Below are positions 9,334 to 19,515 of a stretch of 64,000 nucleotides of DNA, piece by piece. The translations under genes were made by a program, and so were the position numbers. The stretch comes from a virus. The notes under the pieces are model-generated. The model saw only the letters and a list, made by a program, of their open reading frames with translations, did no database searches and was not told the origin of the DNA. The stretch spans positions 21,419-85,418 of the IMG/VR virus record IMGVR_UViG_3300031673_000012; one strand, written 5' to 3'. Positions within the stretch are counted from its first letter, which is position 1. Each line of letters begins with the position of its first letter.

Positions 9334-9984
9334 ATGGAAATACATAGATTAGTACCCATGAAAGAAGGTTATGATCAAAACCTTTTCAACAAATTATACA
9401 AAGAAACTGAGGGCTTAAGGAATTTATTAACTTATCAAATCGATGCTAGAAGATATGGAGTAACTCCAGATATTATACACTCTTGGTTTGATGATAAATT
9501 TATCTGGGTATTTAATAAATATTATGGGGAATTATCAGAAGGCCAATTAAAAGGTAGATTAATTAATTCCCTTAAAACATTTAAATTTAGGATATTAAGA
9601 AAAGCATATTCTAAATATAATATCCATATTAACGAAGTCAGATTAGAAGGAGAAATGAATCTAATAAATATTATCCAAATAGAAGAAGAAATATCAAATC
9701 ATGATTTGTTTTTAGAAATGGCATTAAAATACCTTAAGAAAAATTTATGTGATGATGCTTATTTAATTTTAGAATTGGAATTAAATCCCCCACCATATAT
9801 ACTTAAAAGAATTAGTTCATCCAAAACGAAAATACCCAGCAAATTACTTGCTGAGTATTTAGATTTAGAACCTATTAAAAATAGTTCTTTATATATAAAT
9901 GAACTTAGATCTGAAATAGGTTCATGTATTGAATGCGCTAAAAATTATTTTTCTAAACAGTCGTTTGCCATGCAAGTACAGTAA
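9334..9984 (+). CDS. Putative phage sigma-factor-like transcription factor
   Basis: Only plus-strand gene between the replication and structural blocks. Region-2-like helices (FNKLYK...DDKFIWVFNKY...LINSLKTF) and C-terminal HTH-like segment (SKLLAEYLDL). Confidence 0.5.
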   Translation: MEIHRLVPMKEGYDQNLFNKLYKETEGLRNLLTYQIDARRYGVTPDIIHSWFDDKFIWVFNKYYGELSEGQLKGRLINSLKTFKFRILRKAYSKYNIHINEVRLEGEMNLINIIQIEEEISNHDLFLEMALKYLKKNLCDDAYLILELELNPPPYILKRISSSKTKIPSKLLAEYLDLEPIKNSSLYINELRSEIGSCIECAKNYFSKQSFAMQVQ

Positions 9985-11233
9985 CACTTATTGTAACTAA
10001 ATGTGTAGCCGGTGTTCCCGCAACTACAAACCAATAAAGGGTCTTATTAGTTTTAAGTCCTATTATACTACTTTCAAAAGCATTTGTACCTTCATTTACC
10101 CCAGATGCAGCTAATTCTATATTAACTGATCCCCCAACTGTAACATCCTTTTTAAATCCTAATATTACTTTATCAGTTGCGATTGTATATTGAGAAGCTA
10201 AAACTATTCTAAGCCAAGCTATCTCACAATCACTGGGTACTATAGCAGAAAGATCAAGATAACCAGTACTACTTGCAAAACTACCAAAATCAGACATATC
10301 AAAATCTGATATTATAGGTGTATCTCTCCAATATAATCTTTTACCTAAAGGAGTTGCCCAATCCCCCTCACCATTTAAAAACTCTGAAGCTATATTAGAA
10401 AGTTTTGGTAATAACCCATGTCTTGTATCAGTAGCATCAAGATCGGTATTATCATCAGGAACTCCCCAATCATCAAGTTTAGTTGCTTGAAGAATGATTA
10501 TATCATCTTCATTATCTTTTGCGATTTGATCCAGAGCATCTAATGAATCAGAAATAGATTGAAGATTAGTTATAAAATTTTGTTCAGAAAATTGACGATC
10601 CCCAATAGCTCCATCTGCAGGAATTGTTCCTACTGCACCATCTACAGTTTCATCCAAAAATTTAACAGCAGTACCACTACCCCAAAGTTTAGCAGCTATA
10701 TTCTGATCACCATAGTTTTGGGATACATTAGCCTTATAATAAATTAAATCAGCAAAGTCATTAGCCCCCGGAACTTCTTCAATATATCCTATTGGAACTT
10801 GTTTTGTAGGATAATCAAGGGTAGGTATTCCTCCACCATCACTTCCAGCTTTAACCCCATAAGTAGCATTATTAGCCCCAGGTACTGAAGGATAATAAGC
10901 ATGTTCAAAATAAAGTATATGCCATTTAATACCAGTAGGAGCAGATACAACAATTGTAAAATCTATATCACCATCTTCAGTAATAATCTGACCTTGAGTA
11001 CTAATAAGAATCCCGCGGTTAGCTTCAATAACAGGAGTAGGATAAGTTTTATCATATTTAGCTATACCCCCACCAGATACCCTACAATAAACATTATTAC
11101 CTGATTGAGCTTGATATTCAGTCATCGCATTAAATCCATAATACCTACCAGGGTTTAATATCCCTATCAAGGCATCTCTTAGCTCGAAAGAGAGAATATC
11201 TGCTTGATAAGTTGTGTATTGACGTTGACTCAT
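9953..11233 (-). CDS. Tail fibre / baseplate-distal structural protein
   Basis: Follows baseplate wedge genes; fibre motif RHGLLPKLS...FLNGEGDWATP. Confidence 0.65.
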   Translation of the reverse strand: MSQRQYTTYQADILSFELRDALIGILNPGRYYGFNAMTEYQAQSGNNVYCRVSGGGIAKYDKTYPTPVIEANRGILISTQGQIITEDGDIDFTIVVSAPTGIKWHILYFEHAYYPSVPGANNATYGVKAGSDGGGIPTLDYPTKQVPIGYIEEVPGANDFADLIYYKANVSQNYGDQNIAAKLWGSGTAVKFLDETVDGAVGTIPADGAIGDRQFSEQNFITNLQSISDSLDALDQIAKDNEDDIIILQATKLDDWGVPDDNTDLDATDTRHGLLPKLSNIASEFLNGEGDWATPLGKRLYWRDTPIISDFDMSDFGSFASSTGYLDLSAIVPSDCEIAWLRIVLASQYTIATDKVILGFKKDVTVGGSVNIELAASGVNEGTNAFESSIIGLKTNKTLYWFVVAGTPATHLVTISVTVLAWQTTV

Positions 11234-11367
11234 GACTTTAAATTATTATCTAGTTTATAAATTTTATTAATTATATAGAATATAGTTAAATAAGTAATTA
11301 GGTTGCTAGAAAGTATATAAAATTAATTAAGAAGTATACCTTTTAACTAATCTAGTAGATAGTTTAA

Positions 11368-12033
11368 TTAAGTTGTGTAAGTTAATGACTCTAACTGAGC
11401 CCATATAGGATTAATGAAATTTTGAATAGTTGGTTTTAAATAATTATCAAGCCAAGCTTGAGGAGGGTTCTTAGACCCTGTTCCCGGTAAATCAGTTATG
11501 ACTAAATCATAACCAGAATAAAATGTAAAACCTATGTCATAAAGAGGACCATCATCATAAAGCAAAGGATCAGGATATTCATCATAACTTGTTAATGTTA
11601 CCTCATTTTCTGTAAAGGTATCTATCATATATCCATATATTGCTAAAAAATATTCTAATGATTTCTTAGTACCTTTAGTTCTTAATATATGAGTTATATA
11701 TCTTATTAAAATAATATACTCATCTTCACCACCACTATAAGATTGACCTATTCCTACATCTGGAGGGTTACCAAATAATGCTGAAATATAAATAAGAAGT
11801 TCTGTAGGGTTATCCCGAGTTAAACCAGATAAAGCTTCGGCATTTGTAATATCCAAAACCTCATCTATAGAAGGGCTAAATTTATTATCTATTTCAAGAC
11901 AAAAAATTTCCAAATACCTTTCCAATAAACCTTCCCCATTCACATCTTTATAAGAATCATTTTCTTTAAAATAATTTGGAAATTTCCCAAATAAGAAATT
12001 GGGTTTAGTAACTGTCTTTGCTAATGTGATCAT
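11368..12033 (-). CDS. Baseplate wedge protein (P2 gpI-like)
   Basis: LLERYLEIF, LRTKGTKKSLEYFL; follows baseplate J. Confidence 0.75.
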   Translation of the reverse strand: MITLAKTVTKPNFLFGKFPNYFKENDSYKDVNGEGLLERYLEIFCLEIDNKFSPSIDEVLDITNAEALSGLTRDNPTELLIYISALFGNPPDVGIGQSYSGGEDEYIILIRYITHILRTKGTKKSLEYFLAIYGYMIDTFTENEVTLTSYDEYPDPLLYDDGPLYDIGFTFYSGYDLVITDLPGTGSKNPPQAWLDNYLKPTIQNFINPIWAQLESLTYTT

Positions 12034-13763
12034 ACCCCTATTTGTTCATTAACAACTAATGTTAATTCATCAACATCATATACTGGAATAGTATAATCTT
12101 CAAATTCCATATCTTGATTATAAGGATAAGTTATAAATCTCCATTCATCTGCTACACTAAACGATCCCCACATTCCGATCTTTAAACTTCCGTCATTAGA
12201 AGTATAATCTGTATCTCCAGGATCAGTAACATGAATAGTAATTTGACCATCAAATGATTCTACCCCAGATGGACCAGTTCTATATACCCTTGCAATAGTA
12301 CTACTAATAACAACTAATCTCCAACTTGCAATTTGAACAGAACTAGATGTAATTTCTACATACCAATTATCTTCTAAAGGATTAGAACCATTAAATATTC
12401 GAGGATATGGTTTACTAGAAACTAGATCTAATTTAAGATAATCTATTTTATCTAGGTTATCTATTAAAGCAATTATATCTGACCTTCTTACCGATCTATT
12501 AATATCTGAATTATTAAACCCAAATTCATTTTGAAGAGCTGCTTTTATATCAGATTCTGCTTGGCTTGTATTTCTTCTAAACTTAACAGTTGCAGTTATA
12601 CCTAATCTTAATTTTGTTTCCCCAGCAGCATAAGCCTCAACTGAAGTAGAAATCATTTTTTTATCAGCAAAATAATCTTTTACATCTAACAGCAATTGTG
12701 ACGGAGCAGTTCCCCCTTCATTTGGAGCAACATAAAAAATAATTTTCTTTAGATTAGCCTTAAATTCTACAGCTGCTTTTCCTACACCAGGAACTAATAA
12801 ACACATATCCTTATGATCCTGAAGAGTAACTGCCCTGTTTAAAGTTCGTAAACTTAAAGCAGCATGTTTCCTGATATCTTCTAAACCCTCTTCATCTAAA
12901 CCTCCAACAGCGGGTAATTCATTGGTTATATCGTAATGATCAATAGTTGGAGTTTGAACTGGTGGTGTTGGAGCCGAATCCCATATTATTAATGTATTGG
13001 CTTCTACATTACCAGCTACTCCCTCACATATATAAAAGGTCCCATAAACTGTTTGTCCACTTGGAGGTATAGCGCCATGAACATTATCCCCGAATACTAC
13101 CCAGGCCTGTTTATTCTGATCTACTTCTACAATAAAATGGGTATCTTGTGGACCAGAAAAAGTAAAAGTATCCCTTAACTCCCAGGTTATAGAATTGATT
13201 TCAATCTGCAATGTCCCATCTTGATAATCATCAGGTAGTTCAAAAGATTGATCTGGAGATGAACTAGTCATGCCTAAATTTTCATCTATAACTTCTACCC
13301 GTTGTCTAGCTCCTACTACTGCATAAGATGCCCCCAAAAAAATAGTAATACTAGATTGTGTAATGAATTCTACCCCAGCTGCATTCTTAACTATATACCC
13401 TTCACTAATAGTTTCATTAGCCTGTAATGGAACTGGATCCCCACTTGTATCTACTGCAGTTATTTTAAGATCAACTACTGATCCAATTTTAGCTTTAATT
13501 CGATAATCAATTAACCTTGTTAACTTAACCAGAGAACTATATTTTCTAGCAGTAGTAACAAAAGATTCTCTAGCTACACTATCTACATAATAATTTAATT
13601 GTTCTACCAAACCAGCAAAGGCATTGATAATTATTACAAAGATATTACTCTCACTATGATCGGTTATCTCTGGAACTTCAGTCTGCATCCTGGTCAGAAT
13701 AGAAGCCTTAATACTTTTATAACTACGATGTAAGTATGTTACCCATGTATTTTCTAAAGCCAT
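12030..13763 (-). CDS. Baseplate J-like protein
   Basis: ARESFVTTA, VVFGDNVHGAIPP, AVGGLDEE, NRAVTLQDH. Confidence 0.9.
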   Translation of the reverse strand: MALENTWVTYLHRSYKSIKASILTRMQTEVPEITDHSESNIFVIIINAFAGLVEQLNYYVDSVARESFVTTARKYSSLVKLTRLIDYRIKAKIGSVVDLKITAVDTSGDPVPLQANETISEGYIVKNAAGVEFITQSSITIFLGASYAVVGARQRVEVIDENLGMTSSSPDQSFELPDDYQDGTLQIEINSITWELRDTFTFSGPQDTHFIVEVDQNKQAWVVFGDNVHGAIPPSGQTVYGTFYICEGVAGNVEANTLIIWDSAPTPPVQTPTIDHYDITNELPAVGGLDEEGLEDIRKHAALSLRTLNRAVTLQDHKDMCLLVPGVGKAAVEFKANLKKIIFYVAPNEGGTAPSQLLLDVKDYFADKKMISTSVEAYAAGETKLRLGITATVKFRRNTSQAESDIKAALQNEFGFNNSDINRSVRRSDIIALIDNLDKIDYLKLDLVSSKPYPRIFNGSNPLEDNWYVEITSSSVQIASWRLVVISSTIARVYRTGPSGVESFDGQITIHVTDPGDTDYTSNDGSLKIGMWGSFSVADEWRFITYPYNQDMEFEDYTIPVYDVDELTLVVNEQIGV

Positions 13764-13775
13764 GATATGGGATTA

Positions 13776-14150
13776 TTAATTAGTATAGAATGTATAGTTA
13801 AGGGTATCCTCAATATTAATATCCTTAATAAGATATAGGAGATCAACAATTAGTCTTTCATTATTTGGTCTTTCAAAAACCATTTTCTTTAGCTCAACTC
13901 GTTTCTCCCATTTAGTAATTGAATCTATAATAAACTTCTTAATCAAAGTAATTAAAACTTCATCATTCTGATCTTCTAATGCCTCATGGATACGTGATCC
14001 AAAATCATCTTGATATTCACGAGTATATAGTGGCCATGAAAGAATTATTCTTATAGAAGATTTTATAAGATCATCTCCTTCAGATATCACATGTTTACCA
14101 GATGATAATAAGAGAGGGAAAATTAACCCCTGAGTTCTTATTTGAGCCAT
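13776..14150 (-). CDS. Baseplate gp25/W-like protein
   Basis: IKSSIRIIL...RE...DFGS...WEKRVEL. Confidence 0.88.
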   Translation of the reverse strand: MAQIRTQGLIFPLLLSSGKHVISEGDDLIKSSIRIILSWPLYTREYQDDFGSRIHEALEDQNDEVLITLIKKFIIDSITKWEKRVELKKMVFERPNNERLIVDLLYLIKDINIEDTLNYTFYTN

Positions 14151-14479
14151 TATTCTTTTTCAATAAAAATTTCAAGAAATTTTTGAAGATCAGCATGTCG
14201 TATCATCCATCTTGATAAATTAACTATGCGCTTTAAATTTTTCCAATCGGCATCTTCAAAATGAATTATTTTATCTTTAGATTTTCGATCCTTATCAATC
14301 GCAGTTTGTATTCTATTTCTATCCCTTATTTCTGAAGGACTAAATCCTCCTTGTGGAACTATATCTAAGGATACTTCTAAAAGGTCAACATAATCCATAA
14401 TAGAATCTTCAGCTTCTTTAATCCCAAATTTAACTTGAGAAACTTTAATATTAGTCTTTTCGATTTTTAATTCTTGCAT
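14150..14479 (-). CDS. Hypothetical protein, possible fibre chaperone
   Basis: Directly downstream of the long fibre gene. Confidence 0.5.
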   Translation of the reverse strand: MQELKIEKTNIKVSQVKFGIKEAEDSIMDYVDLLEVSLDIVPQGGFSPSEIRDRNRIQTAIDKDRKSKDKIIHFEDADWKNLKRIVNLSRWMIRHADLQKFLEIFIEKE

Positions 14480-14545
14480 AATTATCTCTATTATATATAA
14501 CTAGTGTTGTTAAATAATAGTACTAGGGAATACTAGTCATTAAAA

Positions 14546-17500
14546 CTATGGTGTTCCATAACTTAATTTCCCAGTACTAGGATTATAATAAACTATATAT
14601 GTTTCAGTAGTTTTAGCAGGTAGATATCCAGCACTACCATTACCAAAATATATATTACCTCTTATCCCAGAACCATTAGGAGACCCACCATATAAATAAA
14701 GATTACCACCATCATTATTACCTATACCATAACCTGTACCTCCCCTAACAGTAAGATTATATCCTATAGGATGCCCACTATATCCCATAGACCCATAAAC
14801 TTGTCCATTTATTGCAGCCCATGATATCCAACCATCACTAAGTAAATTTACAGGATTTAAAATACCTGCTATGATAACTGAAGCATTAGCATTACCTAAA
14901 TAAATTCCTTGATTCCCTGATATTGTACCCAATACAATAGACCCATCAGCCCCTGACATAATAGTCATATCTGGACTTGCTACAGGTGTATATATGTTAT
15001 TAGTATATAACCTTGACGCATAAAAATATCCATTATAATTTAATCTTGTTGTAGCTGTTGTATCTGTTGTACCTGTATAAAATTCTCCACCTGATTGTTT
15101 TGACCCATAAGCCTGATACCTATCAGTAACCCAATCGAGTAAAGTAGAATCAACTGGAGTAGTACCTCCTCCACCTGCAGGTACAGCCCAATTACCATCA
15201 GCTCGAAGAAAATAAGTAACACCTAAATTACTTGACCCGGGAACTAACCCTTTCAGATTACTGGTAGTTGAAAATAGATTAAGTAATGAAGTAGCTTGAG
15301 TAGCATTTAAAGCTTCTACATCACCAAAACCTACAGTAATACGGCCTAGAAATGAAGCTGTGGCTACCTGAGCCATTTTAACAAGGGTTACTTTATTTGT
15401 TCCTATTGCAACAACTCCAGAACCATTAATTGTTATATCACCTGAAACTGTAGTGAAACCATAAGTTGTAGCAGCCGTAGCTAATAAAATTTGTCCTGCT
15501 GTTTTACCCGAAATAGTATGAAATGAGCTATCCAATACATGAGGTAATGCAGTTTGAGCATCTCCTAATAATCCTCCCAAACCCACTACTGATATTTCAT
15601 CTGAACCACCATCTTGGTGAGAAGTAGCATGTGCATCCGGGGTTCCTGCTGTAGGTATATCATACCATCCTTTTATTCCAGAACTATTAGTACCATATAA
15701 TTTACTATTACCTGGAGCATCAGCATCATTTACAAAATTAACATAATTACTGGATTCTACTAAAGAATATCTAAAAGTATAAACAGTTCCACCTCCAACA
15801 CCTAAATCAATAGTAGATCCATTTATCCTTGCATACGCACTTGTAGTAGTAGTCCATATATCACCATTAACTGGAGATGCCGGAGCAGCTCCATGTGGTA
15901 ATCTTAATCCAGCATAAGACGTAGTAGATGCTGGTGTTATTACTCTATGACCAAAAGTTATACCATCTCCTACAGTAAATTCATTAATTAGATTCGTTTT
16001 AAAAATATAATCTGTTCCTACCCACTCTGAATAAAGTTCCATATTACCCTCTAAAAGATACCTATCATTAATACCTAATCTAAATTGATAATTTACATTA
16101 GCAGAATATAAAGTTACATAATTTCCTATTAAAAGATTAAAAGAACCCGTAGTAAAATTATGCCCTGCAGTATAACCTATAAATAAATTATATGATCCTG
16201 TTGATTGTCCATCTATTCCAAAACCTGCTTGAGCTCCTAAAAATGTATTAATTTCTCCAGTAGCATAATATCCACTACAATAACCAATTGCTGTTAAACT
16301 AACAGATGTAGTTATTTTATGTCCTGCTTGATAACCTACTGCTACATTAGAATGACCTGTAGATATATTATATAAGGATTGAAATCCTATTCCTACATTA
16401 CTAAGTGCATTATTAGATAAATTTGTACCTTTACCTGCCCCACCCCCTATATATACATTATAATAACCACTTGAATTATACCGTCCTGCCTCTGATCCTA
16501 TTGCTACATTACCTGCTCCAGTAATTGTATATGAATCAGAACCAGCCATAGAAAATGCACCCACTACTGTATTACTTGTTCCCGTAGAATGATACCAACC
16601 TGCAGAATACCCTATTAAAACATTAAGATCACCCGTAATAGAAGCTGATACTATTCCTGTTCCTGCACCATATCCTACAAATACATTATATTCACCAATT
16701 GAATAATAACCAGCATCAACACCTATAGCTACAGAATATTCCCCATCAATTAAACTTCTTAAAGAATTATTCCCTATGGCTATATTACCCTCTCCACTAT
16801 TCAAACTTACTAAACTATTGACTCCTATACCTAAATTATTATTACCTGTAGTTATAGCATATAAAGCACTAGTACCTATTCCTATATTAGCTGCTCCCGT
16901 ACTTGTTGTCTCAACACCAAACCCAGCTGCATAACCTATAAACACATTATTAGCTCCTACAATATGATGTCCAGCTGCATAACCTATATAAACTATAGTT
17001 CCATAATTAGCATCCATACCTGCAGCATACCCTATTATTACACTATCTGATACATTATTAGAGCTTCTAAGGGTATTATACCCTATCACTACATTACGAC
17101 TCCCCTCAGAAATATTAATAAATGATTCTGCCCCTATTATTATATTTGATGATCCACTTGTTATATTATTTCCAGCTAAATACCCAATTAAAATATTATC
17201 CAATCCTGTTATAGAATCATTACCTGCAGATTCAGCTATTCTTATTACCCTATTAATAGAACTATAAAATATTATTTTAGTTGAATCTTCTCTTATATCA
17301 AGAGCATCAGGGAAACTAATATAATTATCCTTATGAAATATACCTTCTATTTCAACTCCATAATCAAGAGTATATTCTTCAATAATATCAACCAATATTT
17401 TACCACTAGTAGCTATATTATCACCTAAAGTAAATGGACTTAAAACTATACCATTTTTTTGCCAATACTGAGTAGTAGTAAATGCCAATTCAGCTAAAGT

Positions 17501-18886
17501 TTTGGTACCAGTAACTTCATCAGTAAAAGATAAATTACCCCCAAGGTCTTTCCATATTTGAACTGTTGATAAAATTTGTCCTAACCCTACTGTTTCCCCT
17601 ACATAACTAAATATAATATCATTAGCAGAAGAATTATCAACATTCATATTAAGTCTTAAATCATTACCTAAAATATCCCCAGTAACTGTTAATCCTATAT
17701 CATCAGCATCCCAGATATGTGATATCTCAATAGCTGACATTTTATTTAGTAAAATTATTTCCCCCTGTTGATATAAAGAACCTCTTTTTGCTGTATAATT
17801 AATAATTACCGTTGCATCATCTATTCTACCCCCGACCACTAAATTAGTAATAGAATTATATGGCAATGTTTCATGGTAAGTAATAATACCATATTGAGTA
17901 CCACCACCAGAAACTATTCTTGCCCCAAAACCAATAGACTCATCTCTAAGAAGCATACCTTCTATTTCAACCCCATAATCAAGGGTATACTCATTAATAG
18001 TATCAACATTAATCGTAGAAGGTAATTCATAAGGAGGTACCCAAGATCTAATCCCCGCAATAGTAGAAGATAATAATCTACCATCAACAGTTGGATTACC
18101 CAAAGCTTCCTCTGCCCCAACATCAAGATAACCCAAACCATGAAATGCAAACCCAAAAGTAGTAGTACTTAATGATTTTAAAAAATACCCCACAGTAAGT
18201 CCCGAAACAGTATGATAAGTTGAGCTATCTAATTGATGACTTAAAGGTTCGTAAGCAGATGGTTTCCCAGTAATATTATCCCATACTAAATAATAATTTG
18301 GTAACTGACTACCTAATCTCTCTGAATCATCTACTACCCCATTTTCATCAGTATCGTAAGTAGACTTTAACATATTACCTACACCACCCCCTGAAACTGC
18401 CTGAATAGCCGAGTCAACATATACTTTTACTGCTCTAGATGTAGGAGCCATATTATTTCCCCCGACCAATAAAGGACTTGTTTCAGCATTAAACATTAAA
18501 TCATTTCCTTGCATATAAAGGAAAGGTTGGGCTCCCACTTGAACTCCCCCTACTTTAATATTAGTGGCTAAAGGAATAATATCAACATAAAGTTTATAAT
18601 TATTAAGGTTTAATTTTATAGTTTCATCATCAATTTTATCCGCCAAATATCCCGGTAAAATATCATCAAAATCCCCCCTTACTTGATATGAGGGTTCTAA
18701 CATTGTGGGATCTAAAACATAAGATTCTAATAAAGTATATATAGGATTAGCTAATCTCTCCATAGAATCTTTCATCTCATTATACATAGACATAGGCATA
18801 GGCTGACCAGCTAAGATTGGGTAACGTGAGTTAACCACCATAGCTTGAAAAATAGCCTCTAAAAATTCTAACCTAGTCTGTGCCAT
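14546..18886 (-). CDS. Long tail fibre with YadA-head-like beta-roll repeats
   Basis: Many 14-residue NxxIGxxAG repeats; fibre motifs (HATSHQDGGSDEI, FLRADGNWAVP); next to the spike gene. Confidence 0.85.
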   Translation of the reverse strand: MAQTRLEFLEAIFQAMVVNSRYPILAGQPMPMSMYNEMKDSMERLANPIYTLLESYVLDPTMLEPSYQVRGDFDDILPGYLADKIDDETIKLNLNNYKLYVDIIPLATNIKVGGVQVGAQPFLYMQGNDLMFNAETSPLLVGGNNMAPTSRAVKVYVDSAIQAVSGGGVGNMLKSTYDTDENGVVDDSERLGSQLPNYYLVWDNITGKPSAYEPLSHQLDSSTYHTVSGLTVGYFLKSLSTTTFGFAFHGLGYLDVGAEEALGNPTVDGRLLSSTIAGIRSWVPPYELPSTINVDTINEYTLDYGVEIEGMLLRDESIGFGARIVSGGGTQYGIITYHETLPYNSITNLVVGGRIDDATVIINYTAKRGSLYQQGEIILLNKMSAIEISHIWDADDIGLTVTGDILGNDLRLNMNVDNSSANDIIFSYVGETVGLGQILSTVQIWKDLGGNLSFTDEVTGTKTLAELAFTTTQYWQKNGIVLSPFTLGDNIATSGKILVDIIEEYTLDYGVEIEGIFHKDNYISFPDALDIREDSTKIIFYSSINRVIRIAESAGNDSITGLDNILIGYLAGNNITSGSSNIIIGAESFINISEGSRNVVIGYNTLRSSNNVSDSVIIGYAAGMDANYGTIVYIGYAAGHHIVGANNVFIGYAAGFGVETTSTGAANIGIGTSALYAITTGNNNLGIGVNSLVSLNSGEGNIAIGNNSLRSLIDGEYSVAIGVDAGYYSIGEYNVFVGYGAGTGIVSASITGDLNVLIGYSAGWYHSTGTSNTVVGAFSMAGSDSYTITGAGNVAIGSEAGRYNSSGYYNVYIGGGAGKGTNLSNNALSNVGIGFQSLYNISTGHSNVAVGYQAGHKITTSVSLTAIGYCSGYYATGEINTFLGAQAGFGIDGQSTGSYNLFIGYTAGHNFTTGSFNLLIGNYVTLYSANVNYQFRLGINDRYLLEGNMELYSEWVGTDYIFKTNLINEFTVGDGITFGHRVITPASTTSYAGLRLPHGAAPASPVNGDIWTTTTSAYARINGSTIDLGVGGGTVYTFRYSLVESSNYVNFVNDADAPGNSKLYGTNSSGIKGWYDIPTAGTPDAHATSHQDGGSDEISVVGLGGLLGDAQTALPHVLDSSFHTISGKTAGQILLATAATTYGFTTVSGDITINGSGVVAIGTNKVTLVKMAQVATASFLGRITVGFGDVEALNATQATSLLNLFSTTSNLKGLVPGSSNLGVTYFLRADGNWAVPAGGGGTTPVDSTLLDWVTDRYQAYGSKQSGGEFYTGTTDTTATTRLNYNGYFYASRLYTNNIYTPVASPDMTIMSGADGSIVLGTISGNQGIYLGNANASVIIAGILNPVNLLSDGWISWAAINGQVYGSMGYSGHPIGYNLTVRGGTGYGIGNNDGGNLYLYGGSPNGSGIRGNIYFGNGSAGYLPAKTTETYIVYYNPSTGKLSYGTP

Positions 18887-19515
18887 TAATGTAATACTCT
18901 TTCATTTTCAATATAAGGTTGATCTGTTTCTGATACATCTTCTGGTGCAGGATTACTCGGATCTAATGGACCAGCAAAACCAGAAATTGGGTCTATCAAA
19001 TTATGTAACCTATAATGAGCTAAAAAATCATTTAACTTTTGTTCTATCTTATTTAACATTTCTGTTAGCTCGATCACTTTTACTAACCCCACATTCTCCC
19101 CATGATTTATTATGATCTGATTATTTATATCATCAACAACAATTGTTTGACCTTTAGGAGATCTAAAACCATAAATTTTAGTTGAAGTAAATTCTTCAGG
19201 CTTCTCCCCCTTAGCTCGATGCCCAAAATTCCAAATAGGAAACCTTGTATCGCCATGCTCAAATTCAATCCATACTATTTCTCCCTTAAGAGGTAATAAT
19301 TGAATCCCATAATTATTCCCACCCCATTGAGTTTTAGGATAAGCCCATGATGGGTGTAATTTATTTTTTGTAACAGATGGAATTTTAACTTGAATTCTTC
19401 CTAAACCTATTGGATCATCATTATCAATCACATAACCCCGATAAGAAGAATAGTATTTTCCTATTGATTCAAAACCATAATAAAGTATATTATCAAAAAC
19501 TTCTCGTAAGGTCAT
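18886..19515 (-). CDS. Baseplate spike (gp5/gpV OB-fold)
   Basis: YRGYVIDNDDPIGLGRIQVKIP, LPLKGEIVWIEFEHGDTRFPIW. Confidence 0.9.
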   Translation of the reverse strand: MTLREVFDNILYYGFESIGKYYSSYRGYVIDNDDPIGLGRIQVKIPSVTKNKLHPSWAYPKTQWGGNNYGIQLLPLKGEIVWIEFEHGDTRFPIWNFGHRAKGEKPEEFTSTKIYGFRSPKGQTIVVDDINNQIIINHGENVGLVKVIELTEMLNKIEQKLNDFLAHYRLHNLIDPISGFAGPLDPSNPAPEDVSETDQPYIENERVLH

